Below, in pieces: positions 13,801 through 25,800 of a stretch of DNA of 64,000 nucleotides. Position 1 is the stretch's first letter, and each line of letters begins with the position of its first letter. The DNA lies in NCBI RefSeq assembly GCF_963921235.1, contig NC_086108.1:52206001-52270000 (forward strand), written 5' to 3'. The notes under the pieces were generated by a model. It did no database searches. It was given only the letters and a program-made list of their open reading frames with translations, and was not told the DNA's origin. The translations under genes and the position numbers were made by a program. The DNA is from Mobula hypostoma (taxonomy: Eukaryota).

Positions 13801-16800
13801 CCTGTCCCATGATCCTCTCATATCCCCTTTGCCAATCACCTGTCCAGCTCTTGGCTCCATCCCTCCCCCTCCTGTCTTCTCCTATCATTTTGGATCTCCC
13901 CCTCCCCCTCCCACTTTCAAATCTCTTACTAACTCTTCCTTCAGTTAGTCCTGACGAAGGGTCTCAGCCTGAAACGTCGACTGCACCTCTTCCTAGAGAT
14001 GCTGCCTGGCCTGCTGCGTTCACCAGCAACTTTGATGTGTGTGGCTTGAATTTCCAGCATCTGCAGAATTCCTGTTATTCAAATTTTCCTTCATCATGTT
14101 ATCTCCTCAACAGAAACTAAACTAACAACACCCCCTTAGCATCTGATTCCCTCATTCTAAAACATCCATTCTTGATTGTAAAAAAAAAAGGTGATTTATC
14201 ACAAAACATGAGCAACCAAAGTTTTAAAATATCTTTGAAACCACAAAAGCCAAGGTGGGAAACATAGCATTCTGTTTCATGTTCAGTGACTAATGGTGTA
14301 CCGCAGTGGTTGGTGTTGGGACTGCTTTTCATGTTATATGTCACTGATCTGGGTGAATAAATTGGTGGCTTTGGGGCCAAGTTTGTGGACAATATGAAAG
14401 ATAGGTGGAGGGGCAGGTAGTGTTGAGGAAGCAGGGAGACTGCAGAAGGACTTAGACAGATTGGAAAGTTGTGAGTGTTGCTTTGACCCCAGCACCTGCA
14501 GATTATTTTGTGTTAGACAGATTGGAAAAATGGGCAAAGAGTGGCAGATGGAATACAGTGTAGGGAAGTGTATGGTCATGCACTTTGGCAGAAGGAATAA
14601 AAGTGTAGGCTATTTTCTAAACAGGCCGAAAATTCAAAAATGGGAGTTTCAAAGGGACTTGGGAGTCCTTGTGCAGGGTTGCGTAAAGGTTAACTTGCAG
14701 GTTAGTTTGGTGGTGAGGAAGGCAAATGCAACATTAGCATTCATTTTGAGAGGATTAGAATATTAAAGCGAAGATGTAATGCTGAGACTTTAGAAGGCAC
14801 TGTTGAGGTCTCATTTGGAGTATTGTGAGCAGTTTTGGGCCTCTAATCAAAGAAAAGATGTACTGACCTTGGAGAGGGTTCAGAGGAGGTTGACAAGAAT
14901 GATTCCAGTAATGAAAGGGTTGTTGTATGAGGAGCATTTGATGGCTCTGGGCCTATACTCGATGGAATTTAGAAGAATAGGGTGGGAGGGGAATCTCATT
15001 GAAACCTATTGAATGTTTAAAGGCCTAGATAATATAGATGTAGGGAGGATGTTTCCTTTAGTGAGGCTAGGACCAGAGGGCAGAGTCTCAGAATAGAGAA
15101 ACGTCCATTTAGAACAGAGATGAGGAGGAATTTCTTTAGCCAGAGAGTGGTAAATCTATGGAGTTTTTTGCTACAGACAGCTGTGGAGGGCAGGTCACTG
15201 GGTGTATTTAAGGCAGATGTTGATAGGTTCTTGATTAGTCAGGGCATGGAAGGTTATGGGGAGAAGACAGGAGAATGGGGCTGAGAGGGAAAATGGATCA
15301 GCCATGATGAAATGGTGGAGCAAACTCTTTGAGACGAATGGCCTAATTCTGCTCCTATCTCTTATGGTCTAATCAGCATGTATTTATAAAGATAAGTGCA
15401 CATGACATTATTTTGAGTAATAGCATGATATTTATATGGAATCTCAGCACACATTTGATAGTGTCACATAAGGAGCCTCTTACAGTAAATGAGACACATT
15501 AATGAACTATCCAAATGAAAAGGAAGGCGGTCGTGGAAGCAGATGGCGAAGTATCTGTTTAGTTGATGCCATGAGTAATATTGGTAGCATATATTAAATG
15601 GATTAATCTGCATTTCTTGCAAATAACTGACTAAATAAAAACCGAGATCTGAAGTTCACTGAAGAATAATATTTGTTATTCCTTACTATAGTTTATTTGA
15701 AATTTAGTGTACTGCACCAATGTGAAAACCTACAGTAACATTCAACTTTGGTGCTCGGGGGAAATGATGTGTTCTAATTTTGACTCTGACTAAGTGTGTT
15801 TCGTTCTTCCCTCTGACTGTAATGTCTGTACTTTCCCCAGCGGAATCATCAGTGGAGCAGGACAATAAACAGGTGCAAGTGGACTTGCAAGACCTTGGTT
15901 ACGAAACTTGTGGAAGAAGTGAAAATGAAGCTGAAAGAGAAGAGGCCAGTAGCCCAGGTAAAGACAGGGGCACCTATGTGAAACAGACTATATTTTACAT
16001 GAGTGAATATGGTATTATGGTAAGAAGTTCCAAAGTGAGACACCATTACAAAGGCAGACCTGGAATCTTAGTAGGACATCCTCCCTAACTATCTCCTGTA
16101 TACTGTGGTACCTAGAAGAGTGGAAACTAGATTGTACAATTACTGAACCTATATTGTGCTTCTTCCTTGGATAGGGAGAATAAAGCACTACAGGTTATTT
16201 TGGATGCAGATAGTCTCAGTAAAACATATTTACAATTTGTGCTCCAATACTCTTGAAATTAGTATTAATATGCTGCCAACTGGATTTATTTCATTCTTCA
16301 CTATCAATGCTCCTTCTCTTTTTCCATTCTGTCTATGTCTTCTAAAGTTAAGCTCACTTTGCAAGCACATATCATGGAAAATAGAACAGTACAGTATAGT
16401 TGTGCCAAACTAATGAAAGCTAGTAATTAGATGCCCAAGTAATCTAATCCCCTATCCCTGAATTCTCTGCATATTCACGTGCCTGTCCAATGCCCCCATC
16501 ATACTTGGATCCATTACCAACCCTGGCAGAGCATTCCAAGCACCCACTCTGTTTTTTGCCCCACACATCTCCTTCAAACTTATCATATTTGTTATGGCTA
16601 TTACATTGCAGCTACTTACTCATCTTTATACCCTTGTTATATTCTATTAAAAATATGTGCATTCACATAAAGAACACACAGTTCTATTTTTAAATGCTTT
16701 CCCCTATTCAAAGATCAAATTGAATTTATTATCAAAGTACATATATGTCACCCTATACAACCCTGAGATTTGTTTTTTAGTGGATATACTCAGTAGATAC

Positions 16801-19800
16801 AAGAACCATAATAGAATCAATGACAGACTGCACCCAACAGGGTGGACAAACACCAAAAAACAATATACTGTGCAAATACAAAAGAAAAAATAATAAATAA
16901 ATAATGTATTAATAACAGAGATGAAGAGTCCTTGAAATTGAGTCCATAGATTGTGGGAACAGTTCAGTGATGGGGCAAGTGAAGTTATGCCCTATGGTTC
17001 AAGAGCCTGATGGCTGAGAAGTAATAACTGTTCCTGAACCTGGTGGTGTGAGTCCTTGGGCTTCTGTACCACCTTCTTGATGGCAGCAATGAAAAGAGGG
17101 CATAACGTGGGTGGTAGGGATCCCTGAAGATGGATGCTACTTTCCTGCGACAGCGCTCTGTGTAGGTGGGCTCATGCTGGTGTAGAAGTGCTCAGTAGTG
17201 GGGAGGGATTTACCTGTGATGGACTGGGCCGTATCCACTACATTTTGTAGGATTTTCCATTCAAGGGCATTGGTGTTTCCACACCAGGCAGTGATGCAGC
17301 CAGTCAGTATACTCTCCACCACACACCTATAGAAGATTGTCAAAGTTTTAGATGTCATGCTGAATCTTCACAAACTTCTAAGAAAGTAAAGGGACGGCAG
17401 TACTTTCTTTGTTATTGCACTAATGTGCTGGGCCCAGGACAGTTCCTCGGAAATGATAACACCGAGGAATTTAAGGTTGCTGACCCTCTCCACCTCTGAT
17501 GCCCTGATAAGGACTGGCTCATGGACTTCCAGTTTCCTCCTCCTGGAGTCAATTATCAGCTCCTTGGTCTTGCTGCCATTGAGTGAGAGGTGGTGGTTGT
17601 GGCACCACTCGGCCAGATTTTCAATCTCCCATTAGATTCATCACCTACAACAGTAATGTCATCAGCGAACTTAAGTATGCCGTTGGAGCTGTGCTTAGCC
17701 ACACAATCATACATTTAAAGCAAGTAGAGCAGGGGGCTAACTACACAGTGTTGTGGTGCTGATGGAGATTGTAGAGGAGATTTTGTTGCCAATCCAAGCT
17801 GGGGTCTGCAAGTGAGAAAATCGAGGATCCACTTGCACAAGGAGGTATTGAGGCCAAGGTCTTGAAGCTTATTGATTTGTTCTGAGGAGGTGATAGTATT
17901 GAATGCCAAACTGTAGTCAATAAAGGGCATCCTGATGTATATATCTTTGTTGTCCAGATGTTCCAGGGTTGAGTGAAAAGCCAGTGAAATAGCATCTGCT
18001 GTGTAACTGCTGTGCTGGTAGGCAAAATGGATCAGATCCAAGTCACTACTCAGGCAGGAGTTGATATGTTTCATCACCACTCTCTCAAAGCACTTCAGCA
18101 CAGTGGTGTAATTGTCACTGAATGATAGTTATTGAAGCAGGTCATCACTTTCTTCTTGGGCACTAATATCTGAAGCCTGCTTGAAGCAGGTGGGTACCTC
18201 AGACTGCTGAAGTGAGAGGTTAAAAATATCTAAAAACACTCCAGCCAGTTGGTTAACACAGGTCTTTAGTACTCAGCCGGTTATCCCACCTAGGCTGGAA
18301 GTTTTCCATGGGTTCACCCTCTGAAGGATGCTCTCACGTTGGTGTCAGAGACTGAGTCACAGGGTCATTAGGGGCTGTGGGAGTTTGTGAAGATTCCTCC
18401 ATGTTTTGATGGTCAAAGTGAGCATAGAAGGCATTGAGCTCATCCTGAAGCAAAGCCCTGTTGTCACCTATGTCACTTAGTTTCTCTCTGTAAGAGGTGA
18501 TAGCATTCAGACCCTTCCATGGCTGTGGAGCATCCTTCATTGATTCAAGTTTAGTCCAGAATTGCCACTTCGCCCGTGAGGAGGTACTTTCGGAGAACAT
18601 ACCTGGACCTCTAGTATCTTTCTTGGTCACCAGACCTGAATTCCTCTGATCTGGCCATCAGCAGATTGTGGATCTCATGGTTCATCATGACATTAGTTAC
18701 AAGCATGCTAGTATTTATGCATTCTATTCTTTTCTAGCACACTCTGGTTACTGGTTCTCATTTTGCTGCCTGCACTATTGCCTTGACTTTTCTGTTTAGT
18801 TTCCTACATTTTATTGACCTATGCCAATTTGTATATTGTTCAAGTAATACCTTTAAATGATTATCCTCATCACTAACTCTAACTTCTGATAGCTTTTTAA
18901 TTTGGACCCCAGCCACTCATACTTCTTCAGCAGAACCTTCTTTTTAGTCCTACCTGTGTTCTGCGTTCCCACAAGATAACAGATCGACCTTTCCCTTTCC
19001 GCTCCAAGTTCCTCTGCAGCCTGAAGAGATGTCCTTAAGCCTGGCAGCCCACACGTTGTTTACAACATATACTCATGCTTCAGAGAACAGTATCTATTCC
19101 TCCCAACTATGCTGTCCCTCATCACTACTATAGGTCTCGAAAGGGTCATCATCCTTTCTGTAGTCGTTGATACTGTTCACAGAAAATGGAAAGGATTTCA
19201 TTTCTGTTTGAGACGTACAAGGCTAAAGCTCCTCTTACTCTCACTTATGATTGCTGCTTCCCTTCTGTTTCTTGTGACTGACAGGACAGGTAGCACATAA
19301 TCTGAGGGGAGTGAATGCCTCTTGAAACAGATGACTGTAACATCAGTCAACTAGTTCTATCTGGTTACCCGATAACTGGGAGATTGGCAGTCTACATGCT
19401 TGCCACTCTTTGCAACTTATTTACCACAGTGAATGAAAAATGCAAGGTTAAGAATTCCTAATAGAAAAACTAAACCAATACTTAAGATGAAGTCACATAG
19501 AAATTTCAGGGTACTTGTGTTCCACCACTGAACCTAATTATGGGTCACTATGGTTTGGAGAACCTTGCATGTGAACATACAGAAAAGGAACAGGCCCTTT
19601 GGCTCACAGTGTTGTGCCAGACTGTAACAAAAAACTGTGGGTCAATTGTTTAAGAAAAATAACAAGATGGCTTGAGTCACAAAACTAGATTGATGTGCTT
19701 TTTTCTACCTCAAAACAAGACAAAAACTGGAAAAAAAAAACAATATATATAGCTACCCTCAGACTAAACACAAAAGAAAACTAACCCCGAAGCCTTGGTA

Positions 19801-22800
19801 ACCTGAGGCTTATAACTGCTAAGCCCCTCCCCCTAGACCAACCAAAAGCTAATTAACTCAATTATCCAATTAAAGATGGTATCCTCCACCATCAGCACAC
19901 CTGTGCAGGTTCTGCTGCCTCCATGAGACAGCTCCATGCAGCAGCTCTGGTTCAGACCCAGTCACTATTACTGCTGGGGATGAGTGTTTTACTGAGTACG
20001 CCATCTGCCGTCCATAATCAGTGACGAGCCTTCGTCACATTACCACCCTCCTCTCCTGCAGTGGCAATGTTTGGCAGTCTTGACAGGAAGTCCGCTGTGA
20101 TGTTCTCCTTGCTTGCTTTATGCCGCACACAGAACCTGAAAGGTTGAAGTTCCAGGTACCACCTAGTTACCCTGGCATTCCGATCCTTCATTGTCTGGAT
20201 CCAGGTCAGGGCTCTGTGGTCCGTCTGGAGGTCAAACTCCCTCCCAAGAAGGTAGTACCTGAGGCTGTGCAATGCTCACTTGATTGCTAGACACTCCTTC
20301 TCGATTGTGGAGTACCAGGTTTCACGGGGCAGAAGTTTCCTGCTGAGATATAACACTGGATGTTCCTCACAACCTTGCAGCACTCTGTCCATAAGCCTCT
20401 GGAATGTGGCTGGGGCACCATGTAAGCCAAAGGGCATCACTGTGAACTAAAAGAGGCCTAGAAGGGTCCTGAATGCAGTGAGGGGCCGGGACTGGCTCTC
20501 CAGGGGGACAGGCCAATACCCCTTGCAGAGGTCCAAGGTGGTGATGTAGTTAGCAAATCAAATGCCCAACTAAACTAATCCCTTCAGTTTACAGTGTCCA
20601 TATCCTTCTGTTTCTTACACGTTCATGTACTTAACAGCCCCTATTGTATTTGCCTCCCTGACACACATTCCAGCCACCCACTATTCCATTTTCTGCACAT
20701 CTCCTTTGGACCTGCCCCCTCTCACCTTAAACACATACCCAATGGTATTAGGCATTTCAACCCTGGGATAAAGATACTGGTTATCCATCAATGCCTCTCA
20801 TAATCACATAATAGTAAGATTGAAAGAGTGCAGAGAAGATTAACTAGAATGTTGCTGGGTCTTCAGGAGTTGAGTTACAGGGAAAGATTGAACAGGTTAG
20901 GACTTTATTCCTTGGAGCGTAGAAGAATGAAGGGAGATTTGATAGAGGTTTACAAAATTATGAGGGGTATAGACAGTAAATGTGAATAGGCTCTTTCCAC
21001 TTAGATTAGGAGAGATGGACGCGAGGACACGGCTTTAGGGTGAAAGAGGAAAGGTTTAGAACATAGAACATAGGATAGTACAGCACAGTACAGGCCCTTT
21101 GGCCCACAATGTTGTGCCGACCCTTAAATCCTGCCTCCCATATAACCCCTCCCCCAACATAAATTCCTCTATATACCCGTATAGTAGTCTCTTAAATTTC
21201 ACTAGTGTATCTGCCTCCACCACTGACTCAGGCAGTGCATTCCACGCACCAACCACTCTCTGAGTAAAAAAACCTTCCTCTAATATACCCCTTGAACTTC
21301 CCACCCCTTACCTTAAAGCCATGTCCTCTTGTATTGAGCAGTGGTGCCCTGGGGAAGAGGCGCTGGCTGTCCACTCTATCTATTCCTCTTAATATCTTGT
21401 ATACCTCTATTATGTCTCCTCTCATCCTCCTCCCCTCCAAAGAGTAAAGCCCTAGCTCCTATAATCTCTGATCATAATGCATACTCTCTAAACCAGGCAG
21501 CATCCTGGTAAATCTCCTCTGTACCATTTTCAATGCTTCCTTCCTATAGTGAGGCGACCAGAACTGGACACAGTACTCCAAGTGTGGCCTAACCAGAGTT
21601 TTATAGAGCTGCATCATTACCTCGCGACTCTTAAACTCTGTCCCTCGACTTATGAAAGCTAACACCCCATAAGCTTTCATGACTACCCTATCTACCTATG
21701 AGGCAACTTTCAGGGATCTGTGGACATGTACCCCCAGATCCCTCTGCTCCTCACACTACCAAGTATCCTGCCATTTACTTTGTACTCTGCCTTGGAGTTT
21801 GTCCTTCCAAAGTGTACCACCTCACACTTCTCCAGGTTGAACTCCATCTGCCACTTCTCAGCCCACTTCTGCATCCTATCAATGTCTCTCTGCAATCTTT
21901 GACAATCCTCTACACTATCCAAAACACCACCAACCTTTGTGTCGTCTGCAAACTTGCCAACCCACCCTTCTACCACCACATCCAAGTCGTTAATAAAAAT
22001 CACGAAAAGTAGAGGTCCCAGAACCGATCTTTGTGGGACACCACTAGTCACAACCCTCCAATCTGAATGTACTCCCTCCACCATGACCCTCTGCTTTCTT
22101 CAGGCAAGCCAATTCTGAATCCACCTGGCCAAATTTCCCTGGATCCCATGCCTTCTGACTTACTGAATAAGTCTACCGTGTGGAACCTTGTCAAATGCCT
22201 TACTAAAATCCATGTAGATCACATCCACTGCACTACCCTCATCTATATGCCTGGTTACCTCCTCAAAGAACTCTATCAGGCTTGTTAGACATGATCTGCC
22301 CTTTACAAAGCCATGCTGACTGTCCCTGATCAGGTCATTATTCTCTAAATGCCTATAGATCCTATCTCTAAGAATCTTTTCCAACAGCTTTCCCACCACA
22401 GACGTGAGGGTCACTGGTCTATAATTACCTGGACTATCCTTAGTACTTTTTTTGAACAAGGGGACGACACTTGCCTTCCTCCAATCCTCCAGTACTATTC
22501 CTGTGGACAACGAGGACATAAAGATCCTAGCCAGAGGCTCAGCAATCTCTTCCCTCACCTCATGGAGCAGCCTGGGGAATATTCTGTCAGGCCCCGGGGA
22601 CTTATCCGTCCTAATGTATTTTAACAACTCCAACACCTCCTCTCCCTTAATATCAACATGCCCCAGAACATCAACCTCACTCAAATTGTCCTCACCGTCA
22701 TCAAGTTCCCTCTCATTGGTGAATACCAAAGAGAAGTATTCATTGAGGACCTCGCTCACTTCCACAGCCTCCAGGAACATCTTCCCACCTTTATCTCTAA

Positions 22801-25800
22801 TTGGTCCTACCTTCACTCCTGTCATCCTTTTGTTCTTCGCATAATTGAAGAATGCCTTGGGGTTTTCCTTTACCCTACTCGCCAAGGCCTTCTCATGCCC
22901 CCTTCTTGCTCTCCTCAGCCCCTTCTTAAGCTCCTTTCTTGCTACCCTATATTCCTCAATAGACCCATCTGATCCTTGCTTCCTAAACCTCATGTATGCT
23001 GCCTTCTTCCACCTGACTAGATTTTCCACCTCACTTGTCACCCATGGTTCCTTCACCCTACCATTCTTTCTCTTCCTCACTGGGACAAATTTATCCCTAA
23101 CATCCTTGAAGAGATCCCTAAACATCAACCACATGTCCATAATACATTTCCCTACAAAAACATCATCCCAATTCACACGCGCAAGTTCTAGCCTTATAAC
23201 CTCGTAATTTGCCCTTCCCCAATTAAAAATTTTCCTGTCCTCTCTGATTCTATCCTTTTCTATGATAATGCTAAAGGGCAGGGAGCAGTGGTCACTGTCC
23301 CCCAGATGCTCACCCACCGAGAGATCTGTGATCTGACCCGGTTCGTTACCTAATACTAGATCTAGTATGACATTCCCCCTTGTCGGCCTGTCAACATACT
23401 GTGACAGGAATCTGTCCCGGACACACTTAACAAACTCTGCCCCGTCTAAACCATTGGAACTAATCAGGTGCCAATCAATATTAGGGGGAACTTCTTCACT
23501 CAGAGAGTGGTGGGAGTGTGGAACGAGCTGCCATCTGACGTGGTAAATGCGGGCTCACTCTTAAGTTTTAAGAATAAATTGGATAGGTACATGGATGGGA
23601 AAGGTCTGGAGGGTTATGGACTGGATGCAGGTCAATGGGACTAGCGGAATAATGTTTCGGCACAGACGAGAAGGGCCGAATGGCCTGTTTTCTGTGCCGT
23701 AGTGTTCTATGGTTCTAATCTTTTGACCGTATATCAGATCTGCCCTCAGCCTCCGCTGCTCCAAAAAAAAACAACCCAAGTTGTCCTTATAGCATCTGCC
23801 CTCCCAATCAGAAAGCATTATGGTAAACCTCAACGTCTATCTCATAATGAGATGACCTAGAAATAAATCAATACTCCAGATGTGACCTAACCAGAGTTTT
23901 ATAAATCTGCAACATTACTTCTCAACTTTTAACTCAATTCCTCATCTAAGAAAGGCAAGCATACAATTTACCTTCTTTGCCAGCATATCGACCTGCATAG
24001 CTATCAGAGGCACCTTGAACATTACCCCAAGATCCCTCTAGCCGTTGTGCCTTGCCATTATAGTGTATTGTCCCTTTACGTTTGATCTGAGAAGTATGTG
24101 GGGTATGATGGGATTGCTTTGAGAGCTGGGATAGATTCTATGTCGATTGGCCTCAAATGTAAGGAAATACAAATATTACTTGGACAAGCAAGTTAAGGTT
24201 ATAGTGGGTTAAATGTCTGTGAAAAGAGAAATAGAATTAACAGGATGTATTTTTACAGGGAGATGAGGAGAGTGGAGTAGTGTAGAAAGGTCTTGAATTC
24301 AGAGATCTTGCGGAATCTAACAACAGCACTTCAGCAGAAATGGCAAATAAATGTTTTAAGTTGTAATATCTAACCTTGGGTCATTCCACGACATCATCCC
24401 TACCACAATCAATCCTTTGTGACATGATCTTGCTCCTCTGTTATCAGAAGACAAACAACAGGGAAAATTTCAGTTGTGGCATATTTTAAAAATTGCAAAA
24501 TTTGGTATTTTAAATATTAATTTTGTAAACTTTGCTAAAAAGTTTTAGTCCTGAGAAGTACAAATAGCCATACTCTGCACTGAATACAACACTCTGATGT
24601 GGTCTTCGAATGCAGTCTGCAGAGAACATTCTGAGTAATTTGCAATGCATAATCCAATTGACTAATAAATAGATGCTTTCTTTTTATGAACATGATGCTT
24701 CATGAAGGTAAGAAATGCTCTTGTTACATTCTTTTGAGGAATTGGATTAATAGTAATAAGCCAGGCTTGATTGGATGGAGCTTCTTGATATCCTTGGTGT
24801 CACTTAGAGGCCACTGAGGTGTAGATGAGGGAAAAAATAGCCTAGATTCCCAATAAACACAGGAGACAAATATTCTGATAACCAGGGCAGGATTTTCATT
24901 TTGTTTTGTAGTCATCCACTGGCAAAATAGACAGCCTGCCAAAGGCAGCAGAAAAGAAGATTAGGAAGAAAGCAAGACACAGTTAGGAGAGAGCCCATGT
25001 TGAGGTGTGTGGTGAATGGGGAAACTGAAAGCTTTCTCAAAGGACTGAAAAAGGAACATCATATTTTTCTGCTGTGGACACACACTTGTTACTATTTCTA
25101 GATTCAGGATACTTAAATCAAGCAAATATCCTGCTTCAGAGAGATTGGATACTTTATTAACAAGTTTAAATCAGTCTAAATTTTGAATTTTGAATTAAAT
25201 TTATCTGAAACAACCCAATGAGACATGGTCTGAAGTCCACCTAACAGTTTAATCAATGGCCATTGAGCATTTTCAAAGATCTCTTCTTGGAGCCTTTTGG
25301 CACTGGTCTTCTTGCCAACCAGCCTATGAATTCAGATAGCATTTAGCCAACAAATTTCCTCTATATTTCCATTCTTCCCACTGGAAGTATTGGGCTTACC
25401 TCATTATATAAACAGAAGTGACCATGTAAAGGATTGTAAGTCAAAGAACTGTGAATGTCTTGCCCAATTTAAATGCCATCTGAGGCCTGACAAAAGAAAA
25501 TAAAACTATTGTATTGAAGGCTACTGTAGTGATTTGTTCATTTCAAAGTGTGAAACCAATAAATAAATAATCCACATACTTTCTGTGAATGGCTGAATAC
25601 TGGCTCATTTAATGCTGCTCTTTCTCACTTGTTTATGACAAATAGACTCCTATTTCTTCCATCAACCACAATATAAACTTGTTGAATTTAGTGAAATCGT
25701 AAGGAAAACTCTATTTTTGTTGCATCGCCCCTGTAAGTACCTTATAAAAATGAACACAAGATGACTCTCAAAGACAATGAAGGTCCATTGTCAGACCATT

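Larger units (their letters stand above)
13233..14079. mobile_element. Penelope-like element inserted as an inverted pair, 17-bp TSD
   Basis: TSD caaattttccttcatca at 13216-13232 and 14080-14096. Arms 13228-13533 and 13735-14037 are reverse complements. The spacer holds the 3' end of the GIY-YIG coding region on the - strand, homologous to 31180-31300. Confidence 0.9.

Noticed and set aside
13164..14120. Pro/Ser-rich and Gly/Glu-rich ORFs
   Set aside because: Translations of the low-complexity Penelope tail and its inverted copy.
22349..23207. Plus-strand ORFs repeated at 61547-62396 that look like a conserved gene pair
   Set aside because: They are antisense shadows of the two sister CR1 ORF2 copies.
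24661..24672. MEF2 site (ctaataaatag)
   Set aside because: The spacer is one base too long for YTA(W)4TAR.
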